From Candidatus Binatia bacterium (lineage in GTDB: Bacteria > Desulfobacterota > Binatia > Bin18), in assembly GCA_963664395.2 (NCBI GenBank), contig OY761159.2:1824001-1888000 (forward strand): a DNA stretch of 64,000 nt. The letters are read 5' to 3'. How positions within the stretch are numbered: position 1 is the stretch's first letter; each line of letters opens with the position of its first letter. The notes beneath the pieces are model-generated. The model saw nothing but the letters and a program-made list of their open reading frames with translations, searched no databases and had not been told where the DNA came from. The position numbers and the translations under genes were made by a program. This document shows positions 1-10,600 of this stretch, piece by piece.

Positions 1-648
1 AAAGAGCCGGAACAGGTCGAGGCCATCCCCGGTCCGACCACACACCGCCTCCAGGATTTGGCAACCCAACTCGGGATTCACCTGTTGGCCGGCTCCTTCC
101 TCGAAAAATCGGACGAAGTCCGCGCCTATAATACCAGCCTGCTGATCAACCCGCAGGGCGAGCTGCTGGCCCAGTACCGCAAGATCCACCTCTTTGATGT
201 TGATATCCCAGGCCAGGTCAGCATCAAAGAGTCCGCCAGCATGAAGCCGGGAGAAGAAGTCGTCGTCGCCTCCACGCCGCTCGGCACAATAGGGCTGTCA
301 GTCTGCTACGATCTCCGTTTCCCGGAACTCTATCGGGGGCTCTCCCGCAAGGGCGCAGAAATCATTTCCGTTCCCTCCGCGTTTACCTTTCCGACCGGCG
401 CGGCCCATTGGGAAGCCCTCCTGCGGGCGCGGGCCATTGAGAACCAAGTGTATCTCATTGCGCCGAACCAGATCGGGAAAAACGTGTATGGCTTCGCCGA
501 TTATGGTAACTCCATGATTATTGACCCGTGGGGCAAGATTATTGCCCGGGCGCCCGACAGAGAGTGTTTTATTACCGCAGAGATTGATCTCGATTATCTG
601 GAAAAAGTAAGGAAGGAATTGCCGTGCCTCGCGCATCAACGGCTCTAG
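1..648 (+). CDS. Carbon-nitrogen hydrolase (Nit1/deaminated glutathione amidase-like), 5'-truncated by window edge
   Basis: Frame open from base 1; motifs YRKIHLFDV, VCYDLRFPE, RARAIENQ, YGNSMIIDPWG. Confidence 0.9.
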   Translation, partial: KEPEQVEAIPGPTTHRLQDLATQLGIHLLAGSFLEKSDEVRAYNTSLLINPQGELLAQYRKIHLFDVDIPGQVSIKESASMKPGEEVVVASTPLGTIGLSVCYDLRFPELYRGLSRKGAEIISVPSAFTFPTGAAHWEALLRARAIENQVYLIAPNQIGKNVYGFADYGNSMIIDPWGKIIARAPDRECFITAEIDLDYLEKVRKELPCLAHQRL

Positions 649-1913
649 CCCCGGCCCCGGTCAAAGCCTTTTTTCGGGTCGTGACCTCCGAGGAAGCGCG
701 CATCCAGCTTGCCGCCTTTGCGCCACAGACCAAAAGCGAAAATATTCCGGTGCTCAACGCATGCGGACGGACGCTGGCTACTGCCTTGACTTCGCCGGTC
801 GATCTGCCTCATTTCAACCGGACGAATATGGACGGCTATGCGGTCCGGGCCCAGGATACCTTTGGGGCGTCGGCCAGTCTGCCGGCCTATCTGAAACTCG
901 TTGGGACCATCGAGATGGGCTCGGAAGCGAAACGCCGGCTCAAGAAGGGCGAGACCATGCGGATTGCGACCGGCGGTATGCTCCCGCCCGGCGCGAACTC
1001 CATGGTCATGGTGGAATACACCGAAGAGCTGGGCGACAGTACGGTCGAGGTCTTACGCAGTGTCTCGCCGTGGGAAAATATTCTCCGCGTTGGCGAGGAT
1101 ATCAAAAAGAAGAAGTCGATTTTTCCGGCCGGGCGGCGCCTGCGCGCGCACGATATCGGAGCCCTCACCGGGGTGGGGATTACGAAAGTTCCGGTCTATA
1201 AACGCCCGACCGTTGCGTTGATTTCCACTGGAGATGAAATCGTTCCCCCTTCAAGCTCACCCCGACCCGGCCAAATCCGGAATGTGAACCAATACTCTCT
1301 CCACGCCATGATTACCGAATGTGGCGGGACCGTGACGGACCTGGGTGTCATCAGAGATGATGCTCAGGCATTTACGAAGGCTCTGGCTACAGCGCTGAAA
1401 GTCGCCGATGTCGTGATGGTTTCCGGTGGCAGTTCGGTAGGAATCAAAGATATGGCGCTTGATGTCATCTGTTCATTCCCACGCTCGGAACTGTTCTTTC
1501 ACGGTATTTCCATTGCGCCGGGCAAGCCAACGATCTTTGCCCGCGCAGCCGGTAAGCCGGTCATGGGTCTGCCCGGTCACCCGGTGTCGGCGCTGGTCGT
1601 CTTTGCCCTCTTTGGCGCGCCGCTCGTTCGGATGATAGGCGGAGAGTCCGCCCACACGGCCTTTGTGCCGCTGCGCACGACCCGAGCCCGGCTGGCCCAA
1701 AACATTGCCTCTGCCCCCGGACGGGAGGATTACGTCCGGGTCAGGCTGCAAAACGCCTCCCCAAATGGAGAGCGGGGCTCCCAGCTTGCCCAGCCGCTGC
1801 CCGGCAAATCCGGCGCGATCTTCAGCTTGGTGCAAGCCGACGGCATGGTGTGCATTCCGCATAATGAAGAAGGGCGAGAAGCTGGAGAAGAAGTTGAAGT
1901 GATTCTGTTCTAA
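624..1913 (+). CDS. moeA: Molybdopterin molybdenumtransferase MoeA (gephyrin-like)
   Basis: MDGYAV, IATGGMLP, STGDE, SGGSSVG, PGKP, GLPGHPVSA. Confidence 0.93.
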   Translation: MPRASTALAPAPVKAFFRVVTSEEARIQLAAFAPQTKSENIPVLNACGRTLATALTSPVDLPHFNRTNMDGYAVRAQDTFGASASLPAYLKLVGTIEMGSEAKRRLKKGETMRIATGGMLPPGANSMVMVEYTEELGDSTVEVLRSVSPWENILRVGEDIKKKKSIFPAGRRLRAHDIGALTGVGITKVPVYKRPTVALISTGDEIVPPSSSPRPGQIRNVNQYSLHAMITECGGTVTDLGVIRDDAQAFTKALATALKVADVVMVSGGSSVGIKDMALDVICSFPRSELFFHGISIAPGKPTIFARAAGKPVMGLPGHPVSALVVFALFGAPLVRMIGGESAHTAFVPLRTTRARLAQNIASAPGREDYVRVRLQNASPNGERGSQLAQPLPGKSGAIFSLVQADGMVCIPHNEEGREAGEEVEVILF

Positions 1914-1920
1914 TGAAGAA

Positions 1921-1956
1921 CCCCTCACCCTAGCCCTCTCCCCTAAGGGGCGAGGG
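1921..1956. repeat. Short palindromic intergenic repeat (CCCCTCACCCTAGCCCTCTCCC...GGGGCGAGGG)
   Basis: Imperfect stem ccctctcccc/ggggcgaggg immediately after the moeA stop. Confidence 0.55.
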
Positions 1957-1966
1957 AACGAGAAAC

Positions 1967-2082
1967 GTAGGGGCAATCCCCTGTGGTTGCCCGGTCCCCC
2001 GGAGACCGTCGGTCGCATGGATTGCACCCCACTTCCAAGGGACGAGGGCATGAAAAACGTAGGGGCAATTCATGAATTGCCC
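1967..2082. repeat. Two GTAG-type REP-like palindromes (1967-1992, 2059-2082)
   Basis: GTAGGGGCAATCCCCTGTGGTTGCCC and GTAGGGGCAATTCATGAATTGCCC; the second contains a perfect 20-bp palindrome. Confidence 0.7.
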
Positions 2083-2097
2083 GTGAGAGCGACCCAC

Positions 2098-4071
2098 ATG
2101 CACGGACAACACACCGTCCCAACCGACCGCAAGCGTTATCTCAAAAAGAAATCGTTGGCAGACGCCCTCGACATTTTTCTTAGCGCCGTACCACCCAATC
2201 CGAAAACCGAACGCGTCCCGGTCGAAAAAGCACTCCACCGCACAACAGCCGAACCCATTTTTGCCGTCCTGTCCGCCCCGCATTACCACGGCGCAGCCAT
2301 GGATGGCATTGCCGTGCGAGCTGAGGATACTTTTGGAGCAAGTGAGTTCTCTCCGCTGACGCTCAGGCGGATCGCAAAAGATGACACGCCGCGCCAGAAG
2401 AAGAAAGGCGCTTCCGCCCAGCCCCCGTTTCAGTATGTCGATACCGGCAACCCCCTTCCAACCTGGGCCAATGCGGTCGTCATGATTGAACGGGTGTTTA
2501 GAAAAAGTGACACCGAAGTGGAGATTCGTGACTCTTCAACGCCGTGGCAGCACATCCGCCTCGTCGGCGAGGATATTGTTGCCACAGAGCCGCTGCTGCC
2601 ACGCAGCCATAAGCTCCGGCCGTACGACCTTGGTGCGCTACTGGCCGCCGGCCACACGGCAATTCCAGTCATTGTGCCCCCAACGGTCGGCATTATTCCA
2701 ACCGGCTCCGAACTGATTGAACCCGGCGACCCGGCCGAGCCGGGCCAAATTATTGAATTCAATTCCCGCGTTACCGGGGCTTTTGTTGAAGAGTGGGGTG
2801 GCACGCCAAGGCGTTTGCCCCGGGTCGTCGATGATCTCAAAACAATTACCCGCGCGCTGGCAAAAGCGGTCAAGCGTCATGACATCGTTGTTATCATCGC
2901 CGGCTCCTCGGCCGGCGAGCATGACTTTACGCTGCGAGCCTTGGAGTCGCTGGGCGAAGTCCTGGTCCACGGCATTGATGTCATGCCAGGCAAGCCCGCG
3001 ATTCTGGCGGTTATTGACGGCACGCCGATCATCGGCCTGCCCGGCTATCCGGTTTCTGCGGTCGTTATCTGTCAGCAGGTCCTGCGCAAACTGATCGCCC
3101 ATTCTCTCGGTCGGCTCGCAGAAGAGCCCCACAAGATCACGGCGGTCCTGCCACGCAAGGTTCCGTCGCGGCTCGGCCTGGAAGAGTTTGTACGGGTGAA
3201 CCTCGGTCAGGTTGGAGACAAGATCGTTGCCAACCCAATCGGACGCGGAGCCGGGGTCATCACGACCATGGTCAAAGCCGATGGGGTGTTGCGCATTCCG
3301 TCCTTGGACGAAGGGTTGAACGCCGGCGCACAGGTGCAGATCGAACTCTTACGACCAGCAGAGGAAATCGCCAACACGATTTTGTTTACCGGCAGTAACG
3401 ACCTGACCATCGGCGTCCTTGACGACCAACTCCGCGCCCAGCATCCGGGTCTCAAAATATCGGCCAGCAATATCGGTTCACTCGGCGGCCTGGTCGCCCT
3501 GAGACGGGGGGAAGCCCATATTATTGGTACGCATCTGCTTGATCCTGCCACAGGGGTGTATAATCTGCCCGACCTCAAAAAGCAGCGGCTGCTCACCAAG
3601 TCCGTTGTGATGAATCTGGTCATTCGGGAACAGGGCCTGATTGTTCCGCAAGGCAATCCCAGGAAGATCAAAAACCTCAGAGACCTCACGCGAAAAGACA
3701 TTACTTTTATCAATCGCCAGCCCGGCGCCGGCACACGCGTCCTGCTGGACTACAAGCTCGGAAAACTCCGTATCAAGCCGGAACGCATCAACGGCTACGA
3801 ACGCGAAGAAACCACCCATATGGCGGTCGCGGTGGCTATTGCCAGCGGTCTGGTGGATACCGGTCTCGGCGTCAAATCAGCCGCCAGAGCCCTAGGGCTC
3901 GACTTTGTTCCCATCGAGCGTGAGGAGTACGACCTCGTCTTTCACACAGACTTCTTCAACAGTGAAAAAGGCCGGCAGCTTGTCGCAGTCATCCGCTCCG
4001 ACTCTTTCAAACACGCCGTCGAACAACTCGACGGATACGATACGGCCAAAACCGGAACGGTCAAGGCGTAA
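2098..4071 (+). CDS. moeA: MoeA fused to a C-terminal PBP/LysR-substrate-binding-like domain
   Basis: AAMDGIAV, PTGSE, MPGKP, GLPGYPVSA followed by GSLGGL, INRQPGAGTR, EETTH. Start moved to ATG 2098 because 1987-2097 is REP sequence. Confidence 0.9.
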   Translation: MHGQHTVPTDRKRYLKKKSLADALDIFLSAVPPNPKTERVPVEKALHRTTAEPIFAVLSAPHYHGAAMDGIAVRAEDTFGASEFSPLTLRRIAKDDTPRQKKKGASAQPPFQYVDTGNPLPTWANAVVMIERVFRKSDTEVEIRDSSTPWQHIRLVGEDIVATEPLLPRSHKLRPYDLGALLAAGHTAIPVIVPPTVGIIPTGSELIEPGDPAEPGQIIEFNSRVTGAFVEEWGGTPRRLPRVVDDLKTITRALAKAVKRHDIVVIIAGSSAGEHDFTLRALESLGEVLVHGIDVMPGKPAILAVIDGTPIIGLPGYPVSAVVICQQVLRKLIAHSLGRLAEEPHKITAVLPRKVPSRLGLEEFVRVNLGQVGDKIVANPIGRGAGVITTMVKADGVLRIPSLDEGLNAGAQVQIELLRPAEEIANTILFTGSNDLTIGVLDDQLRAQHPGLKISASNIGSLGGLVALRRGEAHIIGTHLLDPATGVYNLPDLKKQRLLTKSVVMNLVIREQGLIVPQGNPRKIKNLRDLTRKDITFINRQPGAGTRVLLDYKLGKLRIKPERINGYEREETTHMAVAVAIASGLVDTGLGVKSAARALGLDFVPIEREEYDLVFHTDFFNSEKGRQLVAVIRSDSFKHAVEQLDGYDTAKTGTVKA

Positions 4072-4072
4072 T

Positions 4073-4106
4073 CCAGCCCCCGGCTGGTGCGTGGGGCGTA
4101 CCCTAC
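4073..4106. repeat. Hairpin plus inverted GTAG-type REP between convergent genes (possible terminator)
   Basis: ccagcc-ccc-ggctgg stem; reverse strand reads GTAGGGTACGCCCCACGCACC. Confidence 0.5.
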
Positions 4107-4170
4107 AATAATTATTCGCTCCCAGAGGGTGGCTCACTCTTTTCCCCTGGGCTGGGGGGTTGCGCTACGC

Positions 4171-5175
4171 TCACACCAGGAGCTCTCGGGCAGCGTGGGC
4201 AGCGCCGACTTGGGCCGCTTTGGGATTCAAGATGATGCGAACCGGCATATCTTGCAGGAGCCGGCTAAAGCGCCCTTTGTCCATAAAAGACCGCATAAAT
4301 AAACCAGCCGTCATTTTGGGGAGCAGCTTGGTCACGATCCCCCCGCCAATATACACCCCGCCAATACTCATCACCGTTAAGGCGAGATTGCCGGCTTGAG
4401 CCCCATACAAACTCACAAACATATCCACCGCTTCCACACAGGTCTGGCAGGTGCCGGCTACGCCGGCTTCACCGATGACTGCGGCTGCGTCTTCGGTTTG
4501 CAGGCGTGCCCGGAGGGTCTCTGCCACCGGGCGCTGTAGCACCTGATGCAAAAAATTGAAGATGCTCACCAGGCCGGGACCGGACAGAATGCGCTCACAG
4601 GACACCCGCCCGTTGTACTGCTTTCTGAGGAAGTGCAGCAACTCCACTTCCTTTTCGTCCCGAGGCGAGAAATCAACATGGCCGCCTTCCGTAGCAGCCG
4701 GCATATGGCGCTGTCCATCCCAAAAGAGAAATGCCTGCCCAAGGCCGGTTCCGGCCGCAATCACCGCACAGTTGCCACGCCGGAGTTTGCCCGTATTGAG
4801 AATCCGGACTTCATCCGCCGGCAGGAACAGGACACCATAGGCTGTTGCCTCAAGGTCGTTCATGAGCCGTACTTGGCCACCCCCTATGGCCCGGCGTATG
4901 CCGGGGGCTTCAACTTTCCACGGCAAATTTGTCGCCTCGACTGTTCCGTCAAGAACCGGCCCGGCAATACCAAATGCGCCGGCCGCTATTGATTTGTCTG
5001 CCGCCTTATAGCGAAAGTCAGCAATGACTTCCTCCAGCCCGGTATAATGCGCACTCGGAAAAGACGCTTCCCGAACGAGGGAGAGCCCTTTCCGCCCTTC
5101 AACCGCATACAGCGCATACAGGGCCAGGTTGGTCTTGGTTCCGCCAACATCACCGGCCAGGACATGGGTTGTCAT
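4171..5175 (-). CDS. glk: Glucokinase
   Basis: LAGDVGGTKT, GIAGPV, TNLPW, MNDLEA, GTGLG, EGGH. Confidence 0.93.
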   Translation of the reverse strand: MTTHVLAGDVGGTKTNLALYALYAVEGRKGLSLVREASFPSAHYTGLEEVIADFRYKAADKSIAAGAFGIAGPVLDGTVEATNLPWKVEAPGIRRAIGGGQVRLMNDLEATAYGVLFLPADEVRILNTGKLRRGNCAVIAAGTGLGQAFLFWDGQRHMPAATEGGHVDFSPRDEKEVELLHFLRKQYNGRVSCERILSGPGLVSIFNFLHQVLQRPVAETLRARLQTEDAAAVIGEAGVAGTCQTCVEAVDMFVSLYGAQAGNLALTVMSIGGVYIGGGIVTKLLPKMTAGLFMRSFMDKGRFSRLLQDMPVRIILNPKAAQVGAAHAARELLV

Positions 5176-5223
5176 GACGGCTTTCTCGCATGCCGGATTG
5201 TTTCCCGCAAGTCGTACTGCGCC

Positions 5224-6198
5224 TCATGCCTGTGGCGGCTCAACGTGTCCGCCGAACTTGAAGCGCAGGGCCGATAAGACTTTCTCGGCAAAGGTATGCG
5301 ACTGGCGCGACCGAAAGCGCGCGTAGAGCGCCGCCGATAGTACGTCGGCAGGAACAGCTTCCTCAATGGCGGTCTCAATCGTCCAGCGGCCTTCGCCTGA
5401 ATCCTGGACTTCGCCGGAGAAGTCGGACAGCGCCGGGCTTTCGACCAGCGCCATGGCAGTCAAATCCAACAACCATGAGCCAACGACGCTGCCGCGGCGC
5501 CACACTTCGGCAATATCCGGCAGATTCAACTCATAGTGATATTCGAGCCCTCCGGCACCGGCACCACGCATGATATCAAAGCCTTCGGCATAGGCCTGCA
5601 TGAGCCCGTACTCGATGCCGTTATGGACCATTTTCACAAAATGTCCCGCGCCGGCTGGGCCGCAGTGCAAATAGCCCTCCTCAGCCGTGCCTTTTATATG
5701 TTCACGCCCTGGCGTTTTTGGAACGCTCCCCTCGCCGGGGGCTAAGGTACGGAAAATCGGATCGAGCCGCCGGACCGCCTCGTCCTCACCGCCGACCGTC
5801 AGGCAATAGCCGCGCTCGACCCCCCACACCCCACCGCTCGTCCCAATATCAACATAATGGAGACCTTGAGATTTGAGGGCTTTGGCGCGTCGAATGTCGT
5901 CCTTAAAATGCGAGTTCCCGCCATCGATAATAATGTCGTCCGCCTCCATTTTTTCAGCCAGGGCGTTCACCGTTTCATCCGTCGCTGCGCCAGCCGGCAG
6001 CATGACCCACACGGCGCGGGGCAGCGTGAGTTTCCAGATAAAATCCTCGAGTGAAGAAGCACCAGTCGCCCCCTCTTGCTCGAACTGTTTGACAGTATGA
6101 GGATTCCTATCAAACACCACACACGCATGCCCGCCGCGCATGAGGCGGCGCACCATATCTCCACCCATCCTGCCTAAACCAATCATACCGAGTTGCAT
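5224..6198 (-). CDS. gnd: 6-phosphogluconate dehydrogenase, decarboxylating (short form)
   Basis: [48 protein letters not shown]. Confidence 0.93.
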   Translation of the reverse strand: MQLGMIGLGRMGGDMVRRLMRGGHACVVFDRNPHTVKQFEQEGATGASSLEDFIWKLTLPRAVWVMLPAGAATDETVNALAEKMEADDIIIDGGNSHFKDDIRRAKALKSQGLHYVDIGTSGGVWGVERGYCLTVGGEDEAVRRLDPIFRTLAPGEGSVPKTPGREHIKGTAEEGYLHCGPAGAGHFVKMVHNGIEYGLMQAYAEGFDIMRGAGAGGLEYHYELNLPDIAEVWRRGSVVGSWLLDLTAMALVESPALSDFSGEVQDSGEGRWTIETAIEEAVPADVLSAALYARFRSRQSHTFAEKVLSALRFKFGGHVEPPQA

Positions 6199-6223
6199 CG
6201 TGCTGACTCCTCTGCGTTTCAGA

Positions 6224-6290
6224 GGGGAAGAGGGGGAACCCACCCCGGCCCTTCGACAATCTCAGGACCACCCCTCCGAGGAGGGGATTT
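6224..6290. repeat. Intergenic palindromic repeat remnant
   Basis: cccctccgaggagggg palindrome within a CACCCC-rich segment resembling the element at 1921. Confidence 0.4.
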
Positions 6291-6359
6291 TGCACGGGGT
6301 CATACCGAAGGGACACTTTCACCTGATGGGCATGGACAGCCCACCAACGTGACTATGGG

Positions 6360-7520
6360 CTATTTTGCCGCAGTCCGAACGCCAATCGCGCCGCTTCCTC
6401 GGAGTTGCTCAAGCTCTCCGGTATCAAAGCCCCAATCGCGTAACGCCTCTTCCGTATGCTCGCCCGGATTAGCAGGGGGGCGTTGGATAGCACTCGGGGT
6501 ACGGCTGAAGCGCGGGGCCGGAGCCGGCTGAGGGACGCCCTCAACCTCAACAAAAGTGCCGCGTTCTTTATTGTGTGGATGGTTAGGCGCATCGGCCATA
6601 TTGAGTACCGGCGCGTAGCAGATGTCGCTTCCCTCCAGGAGTTCGTTCCACTCCGTCAGGGTCCTGGTCTTAAAAATCGCGGCCAGTTTCTCGGTCAGCG
6701 CCGGCCACTCGGCCCGCTCATTCTGGTGGGGCAACTCGTCTTTCTCCAGCCCGGTCAAACGCAGCAGTTCCGCGTAGAACTTCGCTTCAATCGAACCGAT
6801 AGAGAGATACTGGCCGTCACTGGTCTCATACACATTGTAGTAATGCGCCCCGGTGTCCAAAATGTTTTCCCCACGCTTGTCCGTCCACTTGCCGGCCGCG
6901 CGCAGACCATAGATTCCGGTCATAAGCGAAGCCGCACCATCAATCATGGCCACGTCGATGACCTGGCCTTTGCCCGACTTCTGGGTTTCCAGCAGGGCGC
7001 CGACCACGCCAAGAGCCAGGAACACGCCGCCGCCGCCAAAGTCGCCAACAAGATTCAAGGGTGGAACCGGCGCTTCGTCTTTACGCCCAATCGAATGGAG
7101 CGCACCAATCAGGGCAATATAGTTAATGTCATGACCAACCACGTTGGCCAGCGGTCCCTCCTGGCCCCAGCCGGTCATGCGCCCGAAGACCAGGCGTGGG
7201 TTGCGGGCCATACACACCTCGGGGCCGAGCCCCAGCCGTTCCATCACCCCAGGCCGGAAGCCTTCGATAAGCGCATCAGCTTGGTCAATCAGCTTGAGCG
7301 CCGCCTCAGTCCCTGCCTGCTTCTTGAGGTCAATCGCAACAGAGCGGCGACCACGTCCGAGCAGGTTAAACTTGGCGTCGGTCGGCACGCCGAGGTCGGC
7401 ATCTTCAGCCCGGTCCAGACGCAGCACCTCCGCGCCCATATCCGAGAGCAGCATCGCACACATTGGAGCCGGACCAATACCCGCAAATTCAACAACTTTA
7501 TATCCAGATAATACGCCCAT
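6360..7520 (-). CDS. CaiB/BaiF CoA-transferase family III (alpha-methylacyl-CoA racemase-like)
   Basis: GIGPAP, EGFRPGVMERLGLGP, GHDINY, NLVGDFGGG, PAPAPRFSRTP. Confidence 0.92.
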   Translation of the reverse strand: MGVLSGYKVVEFAGIGPAPMCAMLLSDMGAEVLRLDRAEDADLGVPTDAKFNLLGRGRRSVAIDLKKQAGTEAALKLIDQADALIEGFRPGVMERLGLGPEVCMARNPRLVFGRMTGWGQEGPLANVVGHDINYIALIGALHSIGRKDEAPVPPLNLVGDFGGGGVFLALGVVGALLETQKSGKGQVIDVAMIDGAASLMTGIYGLRAAGKWTDKRGENILDTGAHYYNVYETSDGQYLSIGSIEAKFYAELLRLTGLEKDELPHQNERAEWPALTEKLAAIFKTRTLTEWNELLEGSDICYAPVLNMADAPNHPHNKERGTFVEVEGVPQPAPAPRFSRTPSAIQRPPANPGEHTEEALRDWGFDTGELEQLRGSGAIGVRTAAK

Positions 7521-7671
7521 AGTTTCCCCTTCCCAGGTTTGTTCAGTGGCCGTTCAGGCGGCCAGATAAGGCGTTATTATACAGGTATTTTTTGTGATGA
7601 GAACCAGCAGATGGGTGCCTGGATTTGAGAACCACAAGAGCCGGATGAGACATTATGGCTGGCGCACGCGG

Positions 7672-10600
7672 TCAGGGAATGATTACAAAGTTCTGGAGCG
7701 ACTCTTCCCACCGTAGGCGTTTGGTTTCCCCAGGGCGGGGGAAATCCGGAACGGGAAACATGCCATTCAATCCCCGCGGGAACGGCTCCTCCCCAAAGGT
7801 GGTCACGCGCACGGTCGTGTTGGCAAACTCCTGCCCGTCAATCAGGGCACGAACCGTATGCTCCCCCGTTCCCAGGTTGTTCCAGTTCCACAACAGGCTG
7901 AAACCGTTGTTGGCATCGCCACAGACACTCCGGGTATCCTCTCGTGTGGTTCCATAGCCTGCTTGCAGTGGCATCCCGTCCAACTCAATGACAATCTCTT
8001 CCGCCTCGCATGCCCAGCCCGAGATGACACCCAGCCCGCTTTGTGCCGACCCCAACGACGGGTTTTCCAAGATGGCGCTCACGCCCGCCACTTGGTTATA
8101 CCCTCCACCTCCGGCAGGGCTGCCGTCGGTAATCACAAAGTTCTGGAGTGACTCTTCCCACTGGACGACGGTGGTCTCGCCGGAGGTGGGGAAGTTGGGC
8201 AGGTCGAAGAGCCCGCTCAATCCCCGCGGGAACGGATCCTCCCCAAAGGTGGTCACGCGCACGGTCGTGTTGGCAAACTCCACCCCGTCAAGCAGCGCGC
8301 GGACCGTATGCGTCCCCACCCCCAAATTGTTCCAGTTCCACAGTAGGCTGAAACCGTTATCCGTATCCCCACAGACACTCCGGGTATCCTCTCGTACCGT
8401 CCCGTATGCGGCTTGTAGCGGTATCCCGGCCAGTTCAATGACAATCGCTTGAGCGTTGCATGCCCAGCCCGAGATCACCCCTATCCCGCTCTGGAAGGAG
8501 GCAGACGACGGATTTTCCAATACGGCTTGGATTTCTTCCGGTGTGACGAAATCTGACGATGATACGGCCACGTCGTCGATCGTCCAACCATCTGCGGTCT
8601 CACTGGTCTCGAACATCAGATGGAAGGCGAGGCGTATGCGCGATCCAATGTAAGGACTCAAGTCAATTGACGTCTTCTTCCAGGTCGTCTGGGTACCCGT
8701 AAAGGTTCGTAAAACTCCGCTAAAATACCGTCTATACGTCACTAATACGTGGCCCCGGTCACCGTTAGCAAAGTCGTACCGATGCCAGAAGGTCAAAGTT
8801 GCTGAAATGACCTCGGTCAGATCGATAACCGGAGACCAGATAGTAGAGGAGCGCGAACGTTGATCATTCCGATAATTGCCCCCAGGACTATCCGTCAAGG
8901 CATGTGCCTCGCTCCGTGAGGAAGCTATGGTCAGAGCCCATGGAGTGTGCTCAGAAGACCATCCATTTGCTCCGTTCTCTAGGTCATCTTCAAACAAGTT
9001 CCCGTTGACTCCTGTCTGGAGCACGGTAAAGGGCCGGCCGGCGATGGTAAGCGTACCTGTCCGGGCATTGAGGTTGGGATTTGTCGCAACCGTGTAGCTG
9101 ACGTGCCCACTGCCCCGTCCGCTGTTGCCATCGGTAATTCTGATCCATGGGTTATTACTCGTTGCCGCCCAACTACATTCACCCGGAGCCACCACCTCTA
9201 CACGGGCGTTCCCACCATGCCCGACAAACAATTGCTGTGTGGACAGGAGTGATTCAGAACAGGGAGTAAAAGTAGCAGGATTCGTATTGATGGTAACCTG
9301 AAAACCAGTTGAGGAGGTCGCATCGACGGAGACCTGTATCCCGTTTTCAGAGTCGGTAAAAATATCGCCCAGTGTCCACATTGCGCCTTCGTCGTTCGGG
9401 TTGCCGTTGTTGTCAATGTCTACGACTTGGGCCAGCCGGTCTTCCCGCGTGGTATCAACTTTATGGATGACGATCGCTTCATTTGGGATGCCGTCGTCAT
9501 AGCCGGCAAACAGCCGAGTTTCGACGGTGTAGAAGTCGGTGGGGGAATCACCAATTGGAATCTGGGCTATCAGATAGCCGTCAGGGTCAGGCTGGGCCAG
9601 CCTGACGAGCGTAATCGTACGCCTGCTATTGGGCGGGGCGACATACTTCCGAGCCGAAGGAATCCAGCCCAGAAAGTCCTTGTGGTAGGCGATAGTATGT
9701 ACGCCCAGGGAGCCGCCGTATCCAGGATGATAATGATAAGAAAAAAATTCTCCCCCACTCATGACATCCCAGTCAGAGTCATAGGTGGTGGGACTTGATG
9801 GGGGGTCATCTTGACCATAGGGGCCGGAGGAGTGCTGCAAACCAAACGCATGGCCCATCTCGTGTGCCCAGGCTTTCTGGTTGTCATGTGCCCATTCCGG
9901 CAGCCAGGTGGTACCCCAGCCGCGCCTTTGCCCATCCAGCGTGAGAAACGAGCTTCCTCCTAGGGCGCTACTAGGGTGGTTGGGAGTACCAAAATTCTGA
10001 TTAAAAGCAATATTAATCCCATCAAAATCAGGGAAGAAGACATCCGCATCGGCCGCGGCCGTGCAATCCTCCTCTATTTTCCGGGTATCAAAGTTCCTTG
10101 TTCCCTGCTCATAATACGATTGAGGCTGGGGCAGGTTATACCAGCCCACTACTACGCTACCAGGCAAATTTATATTTCCGTCAGAAATTTCTCTCCAATA
10201 GTGATCCAGGCCGGGATAGGACGAGCCCATCAGTTGCTCATAATGACTGACCGGGTACGGAGTGACGTCAGTCGCATCTGCAAACCGACACAAGATGGTC
10301 ACCCACGCCTGGGAGCCGCGCACATGGGAATCGGTCTCGGCGGCCGGGAGCGCCGACCTGGGCGGGGGTGGCTCATCTGGAAACAAGTCGGGAGCGAAGA
10401 TCCCCTCCGGTGAGGTGGGCGACGGTGACGGAGCCAAATCGATGGAGTAGACCCAGAACTTTTCTGTTTCGTCAGGCCCGACCTCCTCCCACTCTCCTCC
10501 TACCGTCACCCGTTTGCGGTTCAATGCCATCGGACCGCCGAGCGGCTGTATGAGTTCGATATCAATCAGGAGTTCGTATCGTGCGCCCGAGTCCTCAGTC

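Noticed and set aside
1987-2097. N-terminal extension of the second MoeA in the ORF track
   Set aside because: It is translated REP/palindrome sequence; MoeA-like sequence begins near RKRYL after ATG 2098
6456-7511. Long antisense ORFs (also 16178-17140, 28406-29281, 31776-32657, 49024-50112, 56267-57109)
   Set aside because: Shadow frames of well-supported genes in GC-rich DNA, with no recognisable motifs
7678-8520. Repeat pair as a DGR template/variable region or CRISPR
   Set aside because: Both copies are in-frame coding, differences are not adenine-specific, and no reverse transcriptase or spacer structure is present
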